Shown one piece after another: positions 5,764 through 13,580 of a DNA stretch of 39,315 nucleotides. Source of the DNA: a phage. How positions within the stretch are numbered: position 1 is the first letter of the stretch; each line of letters opens with the position of its first letter. The notes beneath the pieces are model-generated. The model was not told where the DNA came from. It saw only the letters and a program-made list of their open reading frames with translations, and ran no database searches. A program made the position numbers and the translations under genes. The stretch lies in sequence record PZ445456.1. One strand, written 5' to 3'.

Positions 5764-8415
5764 ATGACTAACGTAATCAACGCACCAAAGAACGACTTCT
5801 CTGACATCGCTAACGCAATCCAGCCGTACAACATTCTGGCTGACCACTACGGTGCACAGCTTGCAGCTACACAGCTTGAGTTAGAACACGAAGCGCACAC
5901 CGAAGGCGAGAAGCGTTTCCTTAAGGCAATGGAACGTCAAATCAAAGCGGGTGAGTTCGGCGATAACGCAGTAGCTAAACCTCTCCTGTCATCCCTCGCA
6001 CCGAAGTTTATCGAGGCGTGGAACACTTGGTTCGCTGAAGTGGAAGCGAAGCGTGGCAAGCGTCCAGTGGCCTACAATCTGGTACAGAAGGTTACACCTG
6101 AAGCTGCTGCATTCATCACACTGAAGGTCACGCTGGCTTGCTTGACCAAAGAGGAATACACGAACCTTCAATCGGTCGCCACTAAGATTGGTCGCAGTAT
6201 TGAAGACGAGCTACGTTTTGGTCGCATCCGTGACGAAGAAGCGAAGCACTTTAAGAACCATGTACAAGAAGCACTCAACAAGCGCGTTGGTATCGTCTAC
6301 AAGAAAGCATTCATGCAAGCGGTTGAAGGCAAGATGTTAGACGCTGGTCAACTACAGACCAAGTGGACCACATGGACACCTGAAGAAGCAATTCACGTTG
6401 GTGTACGCATGTTGGAACTACTCATTGGTTCTACTGGTCTCGTTGAGTTACACCGCCCGTTCGCTGGGAACATCGAGAAGGATGGCGAGTACATCCAGTT
6501 AACAGAACAGTATGTAGACCTGTTATCCAAACGTGCTGGCGCACTGGCTGCAATCGCTCCGATGTATCAGCCTTGCGTGGTCCCGCCTAAGCCTTGGACT
6601 TCTCCGGTCGGCGGTGGCTATTGGGCTGCTGGTCGCAAGCCTCTCTCTCTGGTTCGCACTGGTAGCAAGAAGGGACTGGAACGTTACAACGACGTGTACA
6701 TGCCTGAAGTTTACAAGGCGGTGAACATCGCACAGAATACTCCTTGGAAGATTAACAAGAAGGTTCTGGCAGTGGTCAACGAGATTGTGAACTGGAAGCA
6801 TTGCCCGGTTGAAGATGTACCCGCTCTGGAACGTGGAGAACTTCCGGTCAAACCTGATGACATCGACACCAACGAGGCATCACTCAAAGCATGGAAGAAA
6901 GCGGCCTCCGCAATCTACCGTAAAGAGAAGGCTCGCGTGTCTCGTCGCATGAGCATGGAGTTCATGTTGGGTCAAGCCAATAAGTTCGCACAGTTTAAAG
7001 CTATCTGGTTCCCGATGAATATGGACTGGCGCGGTCGTGTGTACGCGGTCCCGATGTTCAACCCGCAAGGCAACGACATGACCAAAGGCTTGCTGACGCT
7101 CGCTAAAGGTAAACCAATCGGTGTAGATGGGTACTACTGGCTGAAGATTCACGGTGCTAACACTGCTGGCGTGGACAAGGTGGACTTTGCAGAACGCATC
7201 AAGTTCATTGATGACAACCATGAGAACATCCTGAGCGTAGCGGCTGACCCAATTGCTAACACTTGGTGGGCCGAGCAAGACTCTCCGTTCTGCTTCCTCG
7301 CGTTCTGCTTCGAGTATGCAGGTGTGCAACACCACGGGATGAACTACAACTGCTCTCTTCCGCTGGCGTTCGATGGTAGCTGCTCCGGTATTCAGCACTT
7401 CTCCGCGATGCTCCGTGATGAGGTTGGCGGTCGTGCGGTTAACCTGCTGCCGAGCAAGGAAGTACAGGACATCTACCGCATCGTTGCGGAACGTGTGAAC
7501 GAAATCCTGAACCAAGATGTTATCAACGGGACCGACAACGAAGTAGAGACCGTGACCAACAAGGACACAGGGGAAATCACTGAGAAGCTCAAGCTGGGTA
7601 CTAAAGAACTAGCTGGTCAGTGGCTGGCCTATGGTGTGACTCGCAAGGTCACTAAGCGTTCAGTCATGACATTGGCTTACGGTTCCAAAGAGTACGGCTT
7701 CCGTGACCAAGTTCTTGAGGACACCATTCAGCCAGCTATCGACGATGGCAAGGGCTTGATGTTCACTCAACCGAACCAAGCGGCTGGCTATATGGCTAAA
7801 CTGATTTGGAACGCCGTAACGGTGACTGTGGTCGCTGCGGTTGAGGCAATGAACTGGCTGAAGTCTGCTGCTAAACTGCTGGCTGCTGAGGTCAAGGACA
7901 AGAAGACCAAAGAGGTTCTGCGCAAACGCTGTGCGGTACATTGGGTAACTCCTGATGGCTTCCCTGTGTGGCAGGAATACCGTAAGGCAGTACAGACCCG
8001 CTTGAACCTGATGTTCTTAGGTCAGATTCGTTTGCAGCCTACCGTGAACACCAACAAGGATAGCGGCATTGATGCACGTAAGCAGGAGTCAGGTATCGCA
8101 CCTAACTTTGTTCACTCAATGGATGGTAGCCACCTGCGCATGACTGTGGTCCGCTCCAATGAGGTCTACGGTGTGGAATCGTTCGCACTGATTCACGACT
8201 CCTTTGGCACTATCCCTGCTGATGCTGGCAACCTGTTTAAAGCAGTGCGTGAAACTATGGTCAACACTTACGAAGAGAACGATGTACTTGCAGACTTCTA
8301 TGAGCAATTTGCTGACCAGTTGCACGAATCACAGCTTGACAAGATGCCTGAGATGCCAGCTAAAGGTTCTCTGGACCTGCAAGAAATCCTTAAGTCAGAC
8401 TTTGCGTTTGCCTAA
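5764..8415 (+). CDS. gp1: Single-subunit DNA-dependent RNA polymerase (gp1), 883 aa
   Basis: Colinear with T7 RNAP over its whole length, including DGSCSGIQHFSA, RSVMTLAYGSKE, IHDSFGT and the C-terminal FAFA. The specificity loop QPTVNTNKDSGIDARKQESGIAPNFVHS is T7-like. Confidence 0.98.
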   Translation: MTNVINAPKNDFSDIANAIQPYNILADHYGAQLAATQLELEHEAHTEGEKRFLKAMERQIKAGEFGDNAVAKPLLSSLAPKFIEAWNTWFAEVEAKRGKRPVAYNLVQKVTPEAAAFITLKVTLACLTKEEYTNLQSVATKIGRSIEDELRFGRIRDEEAKHFKNHVQEALNKRVGIVYKKAFMQAVEGKMLDAGQLQTKWTTWTPEEAIHVGVRMLELLIGSTGLVELHRPFAGNIEKDGEYIQLTEQYVDLLSKRAGALAAIAPMYQPCVVPPKPWTSPVGGGYWAAGRKPLSLVRTGSKKGLERYNDVYMPEVYKAVNIAQNTPWKINKKVLAVVNEIVNWKHCPVEDVPALERGELPVKPDDIDTNEASLKAWKKAASAIYRKEKARVSRRMSMEFMLGQANKFAQFKAIWFPMNMDWRGRVYAVPMFNPQGNDMTKGLLTLAKGKPIGVDGYYWLKIHGANTAGVDKVDFAERIKFIDDNHENILSVAADPIANTWWAEQDSPFCFLAFCFEYAGVQHHGMNYNCSLPLAFDGSCSGIQHFSAMLRDEVGGRAVNLLPSKEVQDIYRIVAERVNEILNQDVINGTDNEVETVTNKDTGEITEKLKLGTKELAGQWLAYGVTRKVTKRSVMTLAYGSKEYGFRDQVLEDTIQPAIDDGKGLMFTQPNQAAGYMAKLIWNAVTVTVVAAVEAMNWLKSAAKLLAAEVKDKKTKEVLRKRCAVHWVTPDGFPVWQEYRKAVQTRLNLMFLGQIRLQPTVNTNKDSGIDARKQESGIAPNFVHSMDGSHLRMTVVRSNEVYGVESFALIHDSFGTIPADAGNLFKAVRETMVNTYEENDVLADFYEQFADQLHESQLDKMPEMPAKGSLDLQEILKSDFAFA

Positions 8416-8422
8416 CGGAATC

Positions 8423-8445
8423 TAATACGACTCACTATTGGGAGA
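8423..8445 (+). promoter_or_regulatory. Phage RNAP promoter (phi1.1A position)
   Basis: TAATACGACTCACTATTGGGAGA, directly after the gene 1 stop. The transcript begins GGGAGACCCTTG9TTTCCCC. Confidence 0.9.
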
Positions 8446-8467
8446 CCCTTGGGGGGGGGTTTCCCCT

Positions 8468-8499
8468 ACTTTAAGATAACTTTAAGTTTTAACTTTAAG
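8468..8499 (+). repeat. AT-rich triple ACTTTAAG repeat, a candidate origin/epsilon-like leader
   Basis: ACTTTAAG occurs at 8468, 8479 and 8492. The last copy forms TTAACTTTAAGAGG, resembling the T7 TTAACTTTA translational enhancer. The region corresponds to the AT-rich primary origin zone downstream of phi1.1A in T7. Confidence 0.35.
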
Positions 8500-8512
8500 A
8501 GGAAACATAATC

Positions 8513-9070
8513 ATGTTTACTTTCATCACTTCAGTAGGCGCTCTCGTAGCAACCATTCTTGCAGCAACATACTACAACCGTTCAAAGGTATTTCTCACTA
8601 AGCTAATCAAAGAAGAGAAGAACTCTCACGCACTCAAAGAGAGACTTGAAGATGGGTGGCGAGAGAAGCAGGAACTGGCTGGTCGAATCCGTACCTTAGA
8701 GTTCGAACAACAATATGACATGTCGAACCAACGAGAACTCATTGAGCGTCTACGCGCTGAGGCAGTGGAGTACCGCAAGGAACTTAAAGAGGCAAAGAGT
8801 ATCATCCGTGAGTACACACACAGTGACATCACGTCTATCAAGTTTACTGCTCACATCCCGGATGCTGGATGGAAGCGCACTGAGTTCAAGCTAGGTATAG
8901 GGTCTTGCGGCAAAGAGGTTACGTGTTTGCACTGGAAAGAACAGTCGGACCGCTACCTGCTGACACAGACGTGCACTGATGGTGAGCGCAAAGAGTTCAC
9001 CTATTATAAGAAAGACGTAGCTGGTTGCATTGAGATTGCACGTAAGGTTGCAGACAATACGACTCACTAA
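8513..9070 (+). CDS. Hypothetical 185-aa protein: N-terminal TM helix, about 75-aa coiled coil, Cys-containing C-terminal domain
   Basis: Clean ORF with AAGAGGAAAC upstream of the ATG and an epsilon-like leader. T7 has no counterpart between gene 1 and 1.1. The last 6 codons (D N T T H stop) are encoded by the phi1.1B promoter itself. AGA/CGA/ATA/CTA codons are enriched. Confidence 0.75.
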   Translation: MFTFITSVGALVATILAATYYNRSKVFLTKLIKEEKNSHALKERLEDGWREKQELAGRIRTLEFEQQYDMSNQRELIERLRAEAVEYRKELKEAKSIIREYTHSDITSIKFTAHIPDAGWKRTEFKLGIGSCGKEVTCLHWKEQSDRYLLTQTCTDGERKEFTYYKKDVAGCIEIARKVADNTTH

Positions 9071-9077
9071 TGGGAAA
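9055..9077 (+). promoter_or_regulatory. Phage RNAP promoter (phi1.1B position)
   Basis: CAATACGACTCACTAATGGGAAA, with predicted +1 at G9072. Confidence 0.8.
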
Positions 9078-9086
9078 CACTGAAAG

Positions 9087-9128
9087 TTAAACTCAAGGTC
9101 ATCTACATGGTGGCCTTCATGATTAACT
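9087..9128 (+). promoter_or_regulatory. RNase III-type processing hairpin (R1.1 position)
   Basis: TTAAACTCAAGGTCATCTACATGGTGGCCTTCATGATTAACT. The GGTCATC/GGTGGCC stem and flanking AAACT/TGATTAACT frame match the T7 R-site architecture. Confidence 0.7.
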
Positions 9129-9159
9129 GTCAACGATACTACCAAGAGGAAATAACATT

Positions 9160-9309
9160 ATGCGTACCAACTTTGAACCAACCACTAAGCGCAACAACGT
9201 CATCAACGAACACGGTGCTGAATGGCAGGAACGTAAAGACCGCATGAAGAAACGCCACAAGACAAAGCGTGGTAACTCTGAGAAACGTAACTGGAAGGAG
9301 GCACTCTAA
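9160..9309 (+). CDS. gp1.1: gp1.1 homolog (49 aa, highly basic)
   Basis: AAGAGGAAA RBS. MRTNFEPTTKRNN...RKDRMKKRHKTKRGNSEKRNWKEAL has a size, charge and position like T7 gp1.1. Its stop overlaps the gp1.2 ATG. Confidence 0.7.
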   Translation: MRTNFEPTTKRNNVINEHGAEWQERKDRMKKRHKTKRGNSEKRNWKEAL

Positions 9310-9581
9310 TGGGTCGCTTATATAGTGGTAACTTAATAGCATACAAAGACGCTATCGAACGCCTCAAAGAAGACCACGATGTGAGTGTGGTCGTTGAGAC
9401 TTTCCGCTATGAGAACTATGCGAGGATGCGCTGGGTATCCGGTGAGACTCTTCGAGTGGTCTTACGGAATGGCTTAGTGTTAACCTCTAAGTGTTTCGAA
9501 CAGGACGATGAAGACGTTCGCTGCAATGCACAGACTGAATGGCTTCGTAAGGTACACAGTGACCTGAAGCACTGGAAGTAA
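9309..9581 (+). CDS. gp1.2: gp1.2 homolog (dGTPase inhibitor), 90 aa
   Basis: MGRLYSGNL... and the C-terminal ..DLKHWK match T7 gp1.2 (MGRLYSGNL...QLKDWK). Confidence 0.85.
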   Translation: MGRLYSGNLIAYKDAIERLKEDHDVSVVVETFRYENYARMRWVSGETLRVVLRNGLVLTSKCFEQDDEDVRCNAQTEWLRKVHSDLKHWK

Positions 9582-9601
9582 TACGACTCACTATTGCGAG
9601 A
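9579..9601 (+). promoter_or_regulatory. Phage RNAP promoter (phi1.3 position)
   Basis: TAATACGACTCACTATTGCGAGA. The TAA is the gp1.2 stop codon. Confidence 0.85.
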
Positions 9602-9602
9602 G

Positions 9603-9645
9603 GTAAACTAAAGGTCATCTTCACGGGTGGCCTTTGTGATTAACT
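9603..9645 (+). promoter_or_regulatory. RNase III-type processing hairpin (R1.3 position)
   Basis: GTAAACTAAAGGTCATCTTCACGGGTGGCCTTTGTGATTAACT belongs to the same family as 9087 and 16395. Confidence 0.7.
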
Positions 9646-9686
9646 TTGCTTAAACATTAACCAATACACACTAAAGGAGTTCCATC

Positions 9687-10727
9687 ATGGAAATCACATT
9701 CAAGACTAACCCTTTTAAAGCTGTATCCTACGTTGAGTCTGCCATTAAGAAAGCACTCGACAAGGCTGGCTACCTGATTGCTGACACTAAGCATGATGGC
9801 GTACGTGGTAACATCGTGGTTGACAATACGGCTGACTGCCTGTGGCTGTCCCGTGTCTCCAAGACCATCCCCGCGCTTGAGCACCTTAACGGGTTCGACC
9901 AACGCTGGGCTAATGTTCTCAAAGATGACCGCTGGATTTTCCCTGATGGCTTTATGCTGGATGGCGAACTCATGGTCAAAGGCGTAGACTTCAACACAGG
10001 GTCTGGCCTACTGCGTACCAAGTGGCTCAAGAAGACAAACTGTGGATTTGATATTGGTGGAGTAGAACCTCTCAAGGGTAGTAAAGTAGACTTCTGCTTA
10101 GACCCTAAGAAACTCAAGGTTGTCTTGTATGCTGCTATGCCGTATCACGATATGGTAGAAGGCAAAGAGTACGGCGTTATGTCCCTCCTGATGCAAGAGC
10201 ATGTGCGTTCCCTCATTCCGGTTCTTAGTGAACACTTCCCGGAAATCACTTGGGAACTCTCTGAGGCCAAAGAAGTCTACGACATGGTAGAACTTCAGGA
10301 ACTCTACGAGAAAGCTCGCGCCGATGGTCATGAAGGTCTTGTTGTCAAAGACCCGCTGGAAGTCTACAAGCGTGGCAAGAAGTCTGGCTGGTGGAAGATG
10401 AAGCCTGAGAATGAGGCTGACGGAGAGGTCATTGGGTATTGCTGGGGTACTCCGGGCTTGGCGAACGAAGGTAAGATTATCGGATTCGAAGTGCTTCTTG
10501 AGAGTGGTCGTGTAGTTAACGCCACAAACATCTCTCGCGCTCTGATGACTGAGTTTACCGAAGCGTACACCAAGTGGGAGACCACTGAGGATGGCATGAA
10601 GCCAGCACCTTATATGAATTGGTCGTGCCAGATTAGCTACATGGAGGAAACTCCTGATGGTTCTCTGCGTCACCCATCGTTCGTCATGTTCCGTGGTGTC
10701 GAGTCAGACCCAACGGTCAAGATGTAA
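9687..10727 (+). CDS. gp1.3: ATP-dependent DNA ligase (gp1.3), 346 aa
   Basis: KTNPFKAVS.VESAIKKALD.AGYLIA..KHDGVRGN (KxDG adenylation motif) ... ISYMEETPDGSLRHPSFVMFRG is colinear with T7 ligase. Confidence 0.97.
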   Translation: MEITFKTNPFKAVSYVESAIKKALDKAGYLIADTKHDGVRGNIVVDNTADCLWLSRVSKTIPALEHLNGFDQRWANVLKDDRWIFPDGFMLDGELMVKGVDFNTGSGLLRTKWLKKTNCGFDIGGVEPLKGSKVDFCLDPKKLKVVLYAAMPYHDMVEGKEYGVMSLLMQEHVRSLIPVLSEHFPEITWELSEAKEVYDMVELQELYEKARADGHEGLVVKDPLEVYKRGKKSGWWKMKPENEADGEVIGYCWGTPGLANEGKIIGFEVLLESGRVVNATNISRALMTEFTEAYTKWETTEDGMKPAPYMNWSCQISYMEETPDGSLRHPSFVMFRGVESDPTVKM

Positions 10728-10737
10728 ATAAATCAAT

Positions 10738-10770
10738 GGTCAGTCCTTAGCGGGGCTGGCCTTTTGCGTT
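10738..10770 (+). terminator. Early (TE-like) rho-independent terminator
   Basis: GGTCAGTCC-ttagc-GGGGCTGGCC stem (with G-U pairs) followed by TTTTGCGTTT, immediately after the ligase as for T7 TE. Confidence 0.6.
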
Positions 10771-10795
10771 TCTATACGACTCACTATGGAGGAAC
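10771..10795 (+). promoter_or_regulatory. Phage RNAP promoter variant (phi1.5 position)
   Basis: TCTATACGACTCACTATGGAGGAAC. The core ATACGACTCACTAT is intact, while the -1/+2 region deviates. Confidence 0.65.
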
Positions 10796-10801
10796 ACCCT
10801 C

Positions 10802-10882
10802 ATGTTATTTCTAATTGTCGCTGTCATTGTTGCCACATTTGCTCTCGTTGTCATTGACGACAATTGCTGGCCTGATTGCTAA
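10802..10882 (+). CDS. Small hydrophobic peptide, 26 aa (gene 1.5 position)
   Basis: GGAGGA lies 7 nt upstream. The product is MLFLIVAVIVATFALVVIDDNCWPDC. Its stop TAA is inside the next promoter. Too short to judge by composition. Confidence 0.35.
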   Translation: MLFLIVAVIVATFALVVIDDNCWPDC

Positions 10883-10902
10883 TACGACTCACATATGGAG
10901 GA
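10880..10902 (+). promoter_or_regulatory. Phage RNAP promoter variant (phi1.6 position)
   Basis: TAATACGACTCACATATGGAGGA. The upstream half is perfect and the -5 to -1 region is altered. Confidence 0.6.
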
Positions 10903-10909
10903 CACAACT

Positions 10910-11173
10910 ATGTTAAGACTTCACTTCAATAAATCTAATGGCATCTTCTCTGCGCGTGGCTCTGACCGCTCGACCGTTCTGGCCTCTGAGAAACATGCAG
11001 TCATCCCTAAAGTGCTTGGCTCGACCATTGAGTTAGCACCTCGTGTTCACGCTGTAATCACCACTGGCTTATATAAAGAAGCGACCACTGGCTCCCGGCC
11101 TTTCATTCCGGTTCTCGTCACCCGTTTCCCTAAAGTCCGTCTGGTAATTGCTCGTATCAAGGAGGTGTTCTAA
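10910..11173 (+). CDS. gp1.6: gp1.6 homolog, 87 aa
   Basis: MLRLHFNKS...RGSDRS.V.ASE...VTRFP.VRL...RIKEVF is colinear with T7 gp1.6. GGAGGA lies upstream of ATG 10910 (the track start 10895 is inside the promoter). Confidence 0.85.
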   Translation: MLRLHFNKSNGIFSARGSDRSTVLASEKHAVIPKVLGSTIELAPRVHAVITTGLYKEATTGSRPFIPVLVTRFPKVRLVIARIKEVF

Positions 11174-11616
11174 TGGCTGACCTTCCAAGAGATAAAATCA
11201 TTGAGATTCTTGTGGACAGTAATTCAGATAAGTCTGAGACAGCAACCTGTGTTTCAGGCTTGGAGTGTCCAGATATTAACTGTAAGCAATGTCCTCTGGA
11301 TAACACTGGTGTTACGATAGGGGATATACGAATGCTGGACACACGGGTCAAGCCGAATCCTTCGAAGCAACCACATGATATAGAGGGTGTTCGCAAGCCG
11401 AGCCACTATATGTTGTTTGACGACATTGAGGCTATCGAGGTGATTGCCCGTTCGATGACCCGTGAACAGTTCAAGGGTTACTGCTTAGGGAACATCCTTA
11501 AGTATCGCCTACGTGCTGGTAAGAAATCTGAACTGGCATTCTTAGAGAAGGACATGGCGAAAGCTGGGTTCTATGGTGAACTGTACGAAAAACATAAGGG
11601 CAAGTGCTATGCTTAA
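11173..11616 (+). CDS. gp1.7: gp1.7 homolog (nucleotide kinase family), 147 aa, N-terminally shorter than T7
   Basis: IEGV.KPSHYMLFDDIEAIEVIARSMT.EQFKGYC.GNILKYRLRAGKKSELA.LEKD.AKA.FY.EL.EKHK.KCYA is nearly identical to the T7 gp1.7 C-terminal half. Confidence 0.85.
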   Translation: MADLPRDKIIEILVDSNSDKSETATCVSGLECPDINCKQCPLDNTGVTIGDIRMLDTRVKPNPSKQPHDIEGVRKPSHYMLFDDIEAIEVIARSMTREQFKGYCLGNILKYRLRAGKKSELAFLEKDMAKAGFYGELYEKHKGKCYA

Positions 11617-11707
11617 ACCTAGTGAATGGTGTGAACGTATGTTCGAAAAGACGGGCAACGTTGACTACTTAGAGTTATATAATCAGTGGAAGGAGAGAGG
11701 TCAATGA
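11609..11707 (+). CDS. Small ORF, 32 aa (gene 1.8 position)
   Basis: ATG 11609 overlaps the end of gp1.7, and its TGA overlaps the gp2 ATG (ATGA). The product is [32 protein letters not shown]. The call rests on position and coupling only. Confidence 0.45.
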   Translation: MLKPSEWCERMFEKTGNVDYLELYNQWKERGQ

Positions 11708-11895
11708 GCAACTTAAACAAAGGGTCACTTGTAAACGGTGACAAGAAGTTCTTCGCAACGGTCGAAGGCCAAGGCCAATCGTTCGAAGTACCTGTGTTCG
11801 CTGCGTCTCTTGAAGAGGCCAACGAGTTAGCTGAATGGCAGTATGTTCCGGCTGGCTTCGCAGTGACACGCATCCGTCCAGACCGAAAGGTTTAA
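11704..11895 (+). CDS. gp2: gp2, host RNA polymerase inhibitor, 63 aa
   Basis: [18 protein letters not shown]...[29 protein letters not shown] is colinear with T7 gp2. GGAGAGAGG RBS. Confidence 0.9.
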   Translation: MSNLNKGSLVNGDKKFFATVEGQGQSFEVPVFAASLEEANELAEWQYVPAGFAVTRIRPDRKV

Positions 11896-11915
11896 TAGGA
11901 CTCACTATTGGGAGA
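11893..11915 (+). promoter_or_regulatory. Phage RNAP promoter (phi2.5 position)
   Basis: TAATAGGACTCACTATTGGGAGA. The transcript 5' hairpin is GGGAGAC-acatc-GTTTCCC. Confidence 0.85.
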
Positions 11916-11964
11916 CACATCGTTTCCCGATTTTAACTTTCAGAAACTTTTAAGGAGAAACATC

Positions 11965-12678
11965 ATGGCTTTCAACAAACGTAAAGTATTCACTTCCGCT
12001 CGTGGCGTTGCTGAACCGTATTGCTATCTGGCTAAACCGGACTTCGGTAGCGGTGACTTCAAGAACGAACGTGGTGTCTACAAGGTGTCACTTACTGTAT
12101 CCAACGACGACCCTCGCTGTCAGAAAATGATTGACGAGATTGTCGAAGCCCATGAAGCGGACTATGCTGCTCGTCTCGAAGAGTACGAAGCGAACCCGCC
12201 GAAAGTTGTCAAGGGTAAGAAACCGCTGAAGCCGTATGTTGGCGACATGCCTTTCATGGATAACGAAGACGGAACCACTACGTTCAACTTCAAGTGCTAC
12301 GGTTCGTTCACTGACAAGAAGACTGGTGAGAATAAACCAATCGACTTGGCTATCGTGGACTCCAAGGGCAAGCGCATTCGTGGCGAACGTCCAGCTATCT
12401 CTGGTGGTTCTGAACTGAAAATCAAATACACCCTGTTCCCGTATGGCTGGTCTGCTGTGGCTGGTGCAAGCGTTAAGCTGCAACTGGATTCCGTGATGCT
12501 GATTAAGCTGGTCGAGTTCGGTGGTGGTGGTGGTGATGACGATTGGTCAGACGAAATCGAAGAAGACGGTTACGAAGCTGATGAAGCACAGACCCGTCAA
12601 CGTCCGCAGAACGACTCTGGCTGGGACGAAGAACCAGAAGAGGACGATGAAGATGAAGATGAAGACGGTGACTTCTAA
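11965..12678 (+). CDS. gp2.5: Single-stranded DNA-binding protein (gp2.5), 237 aa
   Basis: TAAGGAGA RBS. FTSA.G.AEPY.Y.AKPD...RGVYKV.LT...DPRCQ.M.DEIV...GASVKLQL.SVML plus the acidic tail ending EDGDF, as in T7 gp2.5. Confidence 0.95.
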   Translation: MAFNKRKVFTSARGVAEPYCYLAKPDFGSGDFKNERGVYKVSLTVSNDDPRCQKMIDEIVEAHEADYAARLEEYEANPPKVVKGKKPLKPYVGDMPFMDNEDGTTTFNFKCYGSFTDKKTGENKPIDLAIVDSKGKRIRGERPAISGGSELKIKYTLFPYGWSAVAGASVKLQLDSVMLIKLVEFGGGGGDDDWSDEIEEDGYEADEAQTRQRPQNDSGWDEEPEEDDEDEDEDGDF

Positions 12679-13124
12679 TGGCTAAGGGTTATGCAGGTCG
12701 AGGCACTCGTGTGGGTGCCTTTCGCTCTGGCTTGGAGGATAAGGTAAGCAAGCAACTCGAAGGGAAGAACATTAAGTTCGACTACGAGCGCTGGCGTGTA
12801 CCATATGTTGTTCCTGCAAGCAACCATACATATTGCCCGGACTTCCTGTTACCTAATGGCATCTTTGTGGAAACAAAGGGTCTGTGGGATAGTGATGACC
12901 GCAAGAAACACTTACTGATTCGTGAACAGTATCCTGAACTTGATGTGCGCATCGTGTTCTCTTCAAGTCGCTCTAAGCTGTACAAAGGGTCTCCGACCAG
13001 TTACGGTGAGTGGTGCGAGAAGCATGGCATTCTGTTTGCTGATAAATTAATTCCAGTTGATTGGCTGAAAGAGCCTTCTAAGGATGTTCCATTCGATAAA
13101 TTTAAAGAGGTGAAGAAGAAATGA
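12678..13124 (+). CDS. gp3: Endonuclease I, Holliday junction resolvase (gp3), 148 aa
   Basis: VGAFRSGLEDKVSKQLE...PASNHTY.PDFLLPNGIFVETKGLW.SDDRKKHLLIREQ.PELD.RIVFSSSR.KLYKGSPTSYGE is nearly identical to T7 gp3. Confidence 0.96.
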   Translation: MAKGYAGRGTRVGAFRSGLEDKVSKQLEGKNIKFDYERWRVPYVVPASNHTYCPDFLLPNGIFVETKGLWDSDDRKKHLLIREQYPELDVRIVFSSSRSKLYKGSPTSYGEWCEKHGILFADKLIPVDWLKEPSKDVPFDKFKEVKKK

Positions 13125-13576
13125 GTAAGGTACAATTCAAACCACGCGCTGTGACAGAAGCAATCTTTGTCCACTGTAGCGCAACCAAGGCGTCCATGAA
13201 TGTTGGACTGCGTGAAATCCGTCAGTGGCATAAAGAACAGGGCTGGCTTGATGTAGGCTACCACTTCATTATTCGCCGTGATGGTACAATCGAAGAAGGC
13301 CGTCCGGTCGATGTCGTTGGGTCTCATGTGAAAGACTGGAACAGTAAGTCAGTCGGCGTGTGCCTCGTTGGTGGTATCGACGATAAGGGCAGACACGAAG
13401 CTAACTTTACGCCAGCACAGATGCACTCTCTTAAAGAGAAACTGGCAGACCTGCTGGACATGTATCCAGATGCTGAAGTGAAAGCTCACCATGACGTTGC
13501 ACCTAAAGCGTGTCCGTCTTTCAACTTGAGTCGCTGGCTGAAAACTGGCGAATTAGTAACTAGTGATTGGGGTTAA
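13121..13576 (+). CDS. gp3.5: N-acetylmuramoyl-L-alanine amidase / RNAP inhibitor (gp3.5 lysozyme), 151 aa
   Basis: AIFVHCSATK.S.NVG.REIRQWHKEQGWLDVGYHFII.RDGT.E.GR...VGSH...VCLVGGIDDKG...HH.VAPKACPSF.L.RW is colinear with T7 gp3.5. Confidence 0.96.
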   Translation: MSKVQFKPRAVTEAIFVHCSATKASMNVGLREIRQWHKEQGWLDVGYHFIIRRDGTIEEGRPVDVVGSHVKDWNSKSVGVCLVGGIDDKGRHEANFTPAQMHSLKEKLADLLDMYPDAEVKAHHDVAPKACPSFNLSRWLKTGELVTSDWG

Positions 13577-13580
13577 TACT

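Noticed and set aside
6880-7515. Other long minus-strand ORFs (6880-7515, 10098-10673, 17696-18205, 31788-32432, 33511-34047 and many shorter ones)
   Set aside because: All are fully nested antisense to strongly conserved + strand genes (RNAP, ligase, DNAP, gp15, gp16). No minus-strand promoter (phage or sigma70) or Shine-Dalgarno could be found for any of them.
11619-11920. Minus-strand ORFs (84 and 81 aa) opposite genes 1.8, 2 and phi2.5
   Set aside because: They are antisense to the well-conserved gp2 and a phage promoter, with no signals. They were treated as noise.
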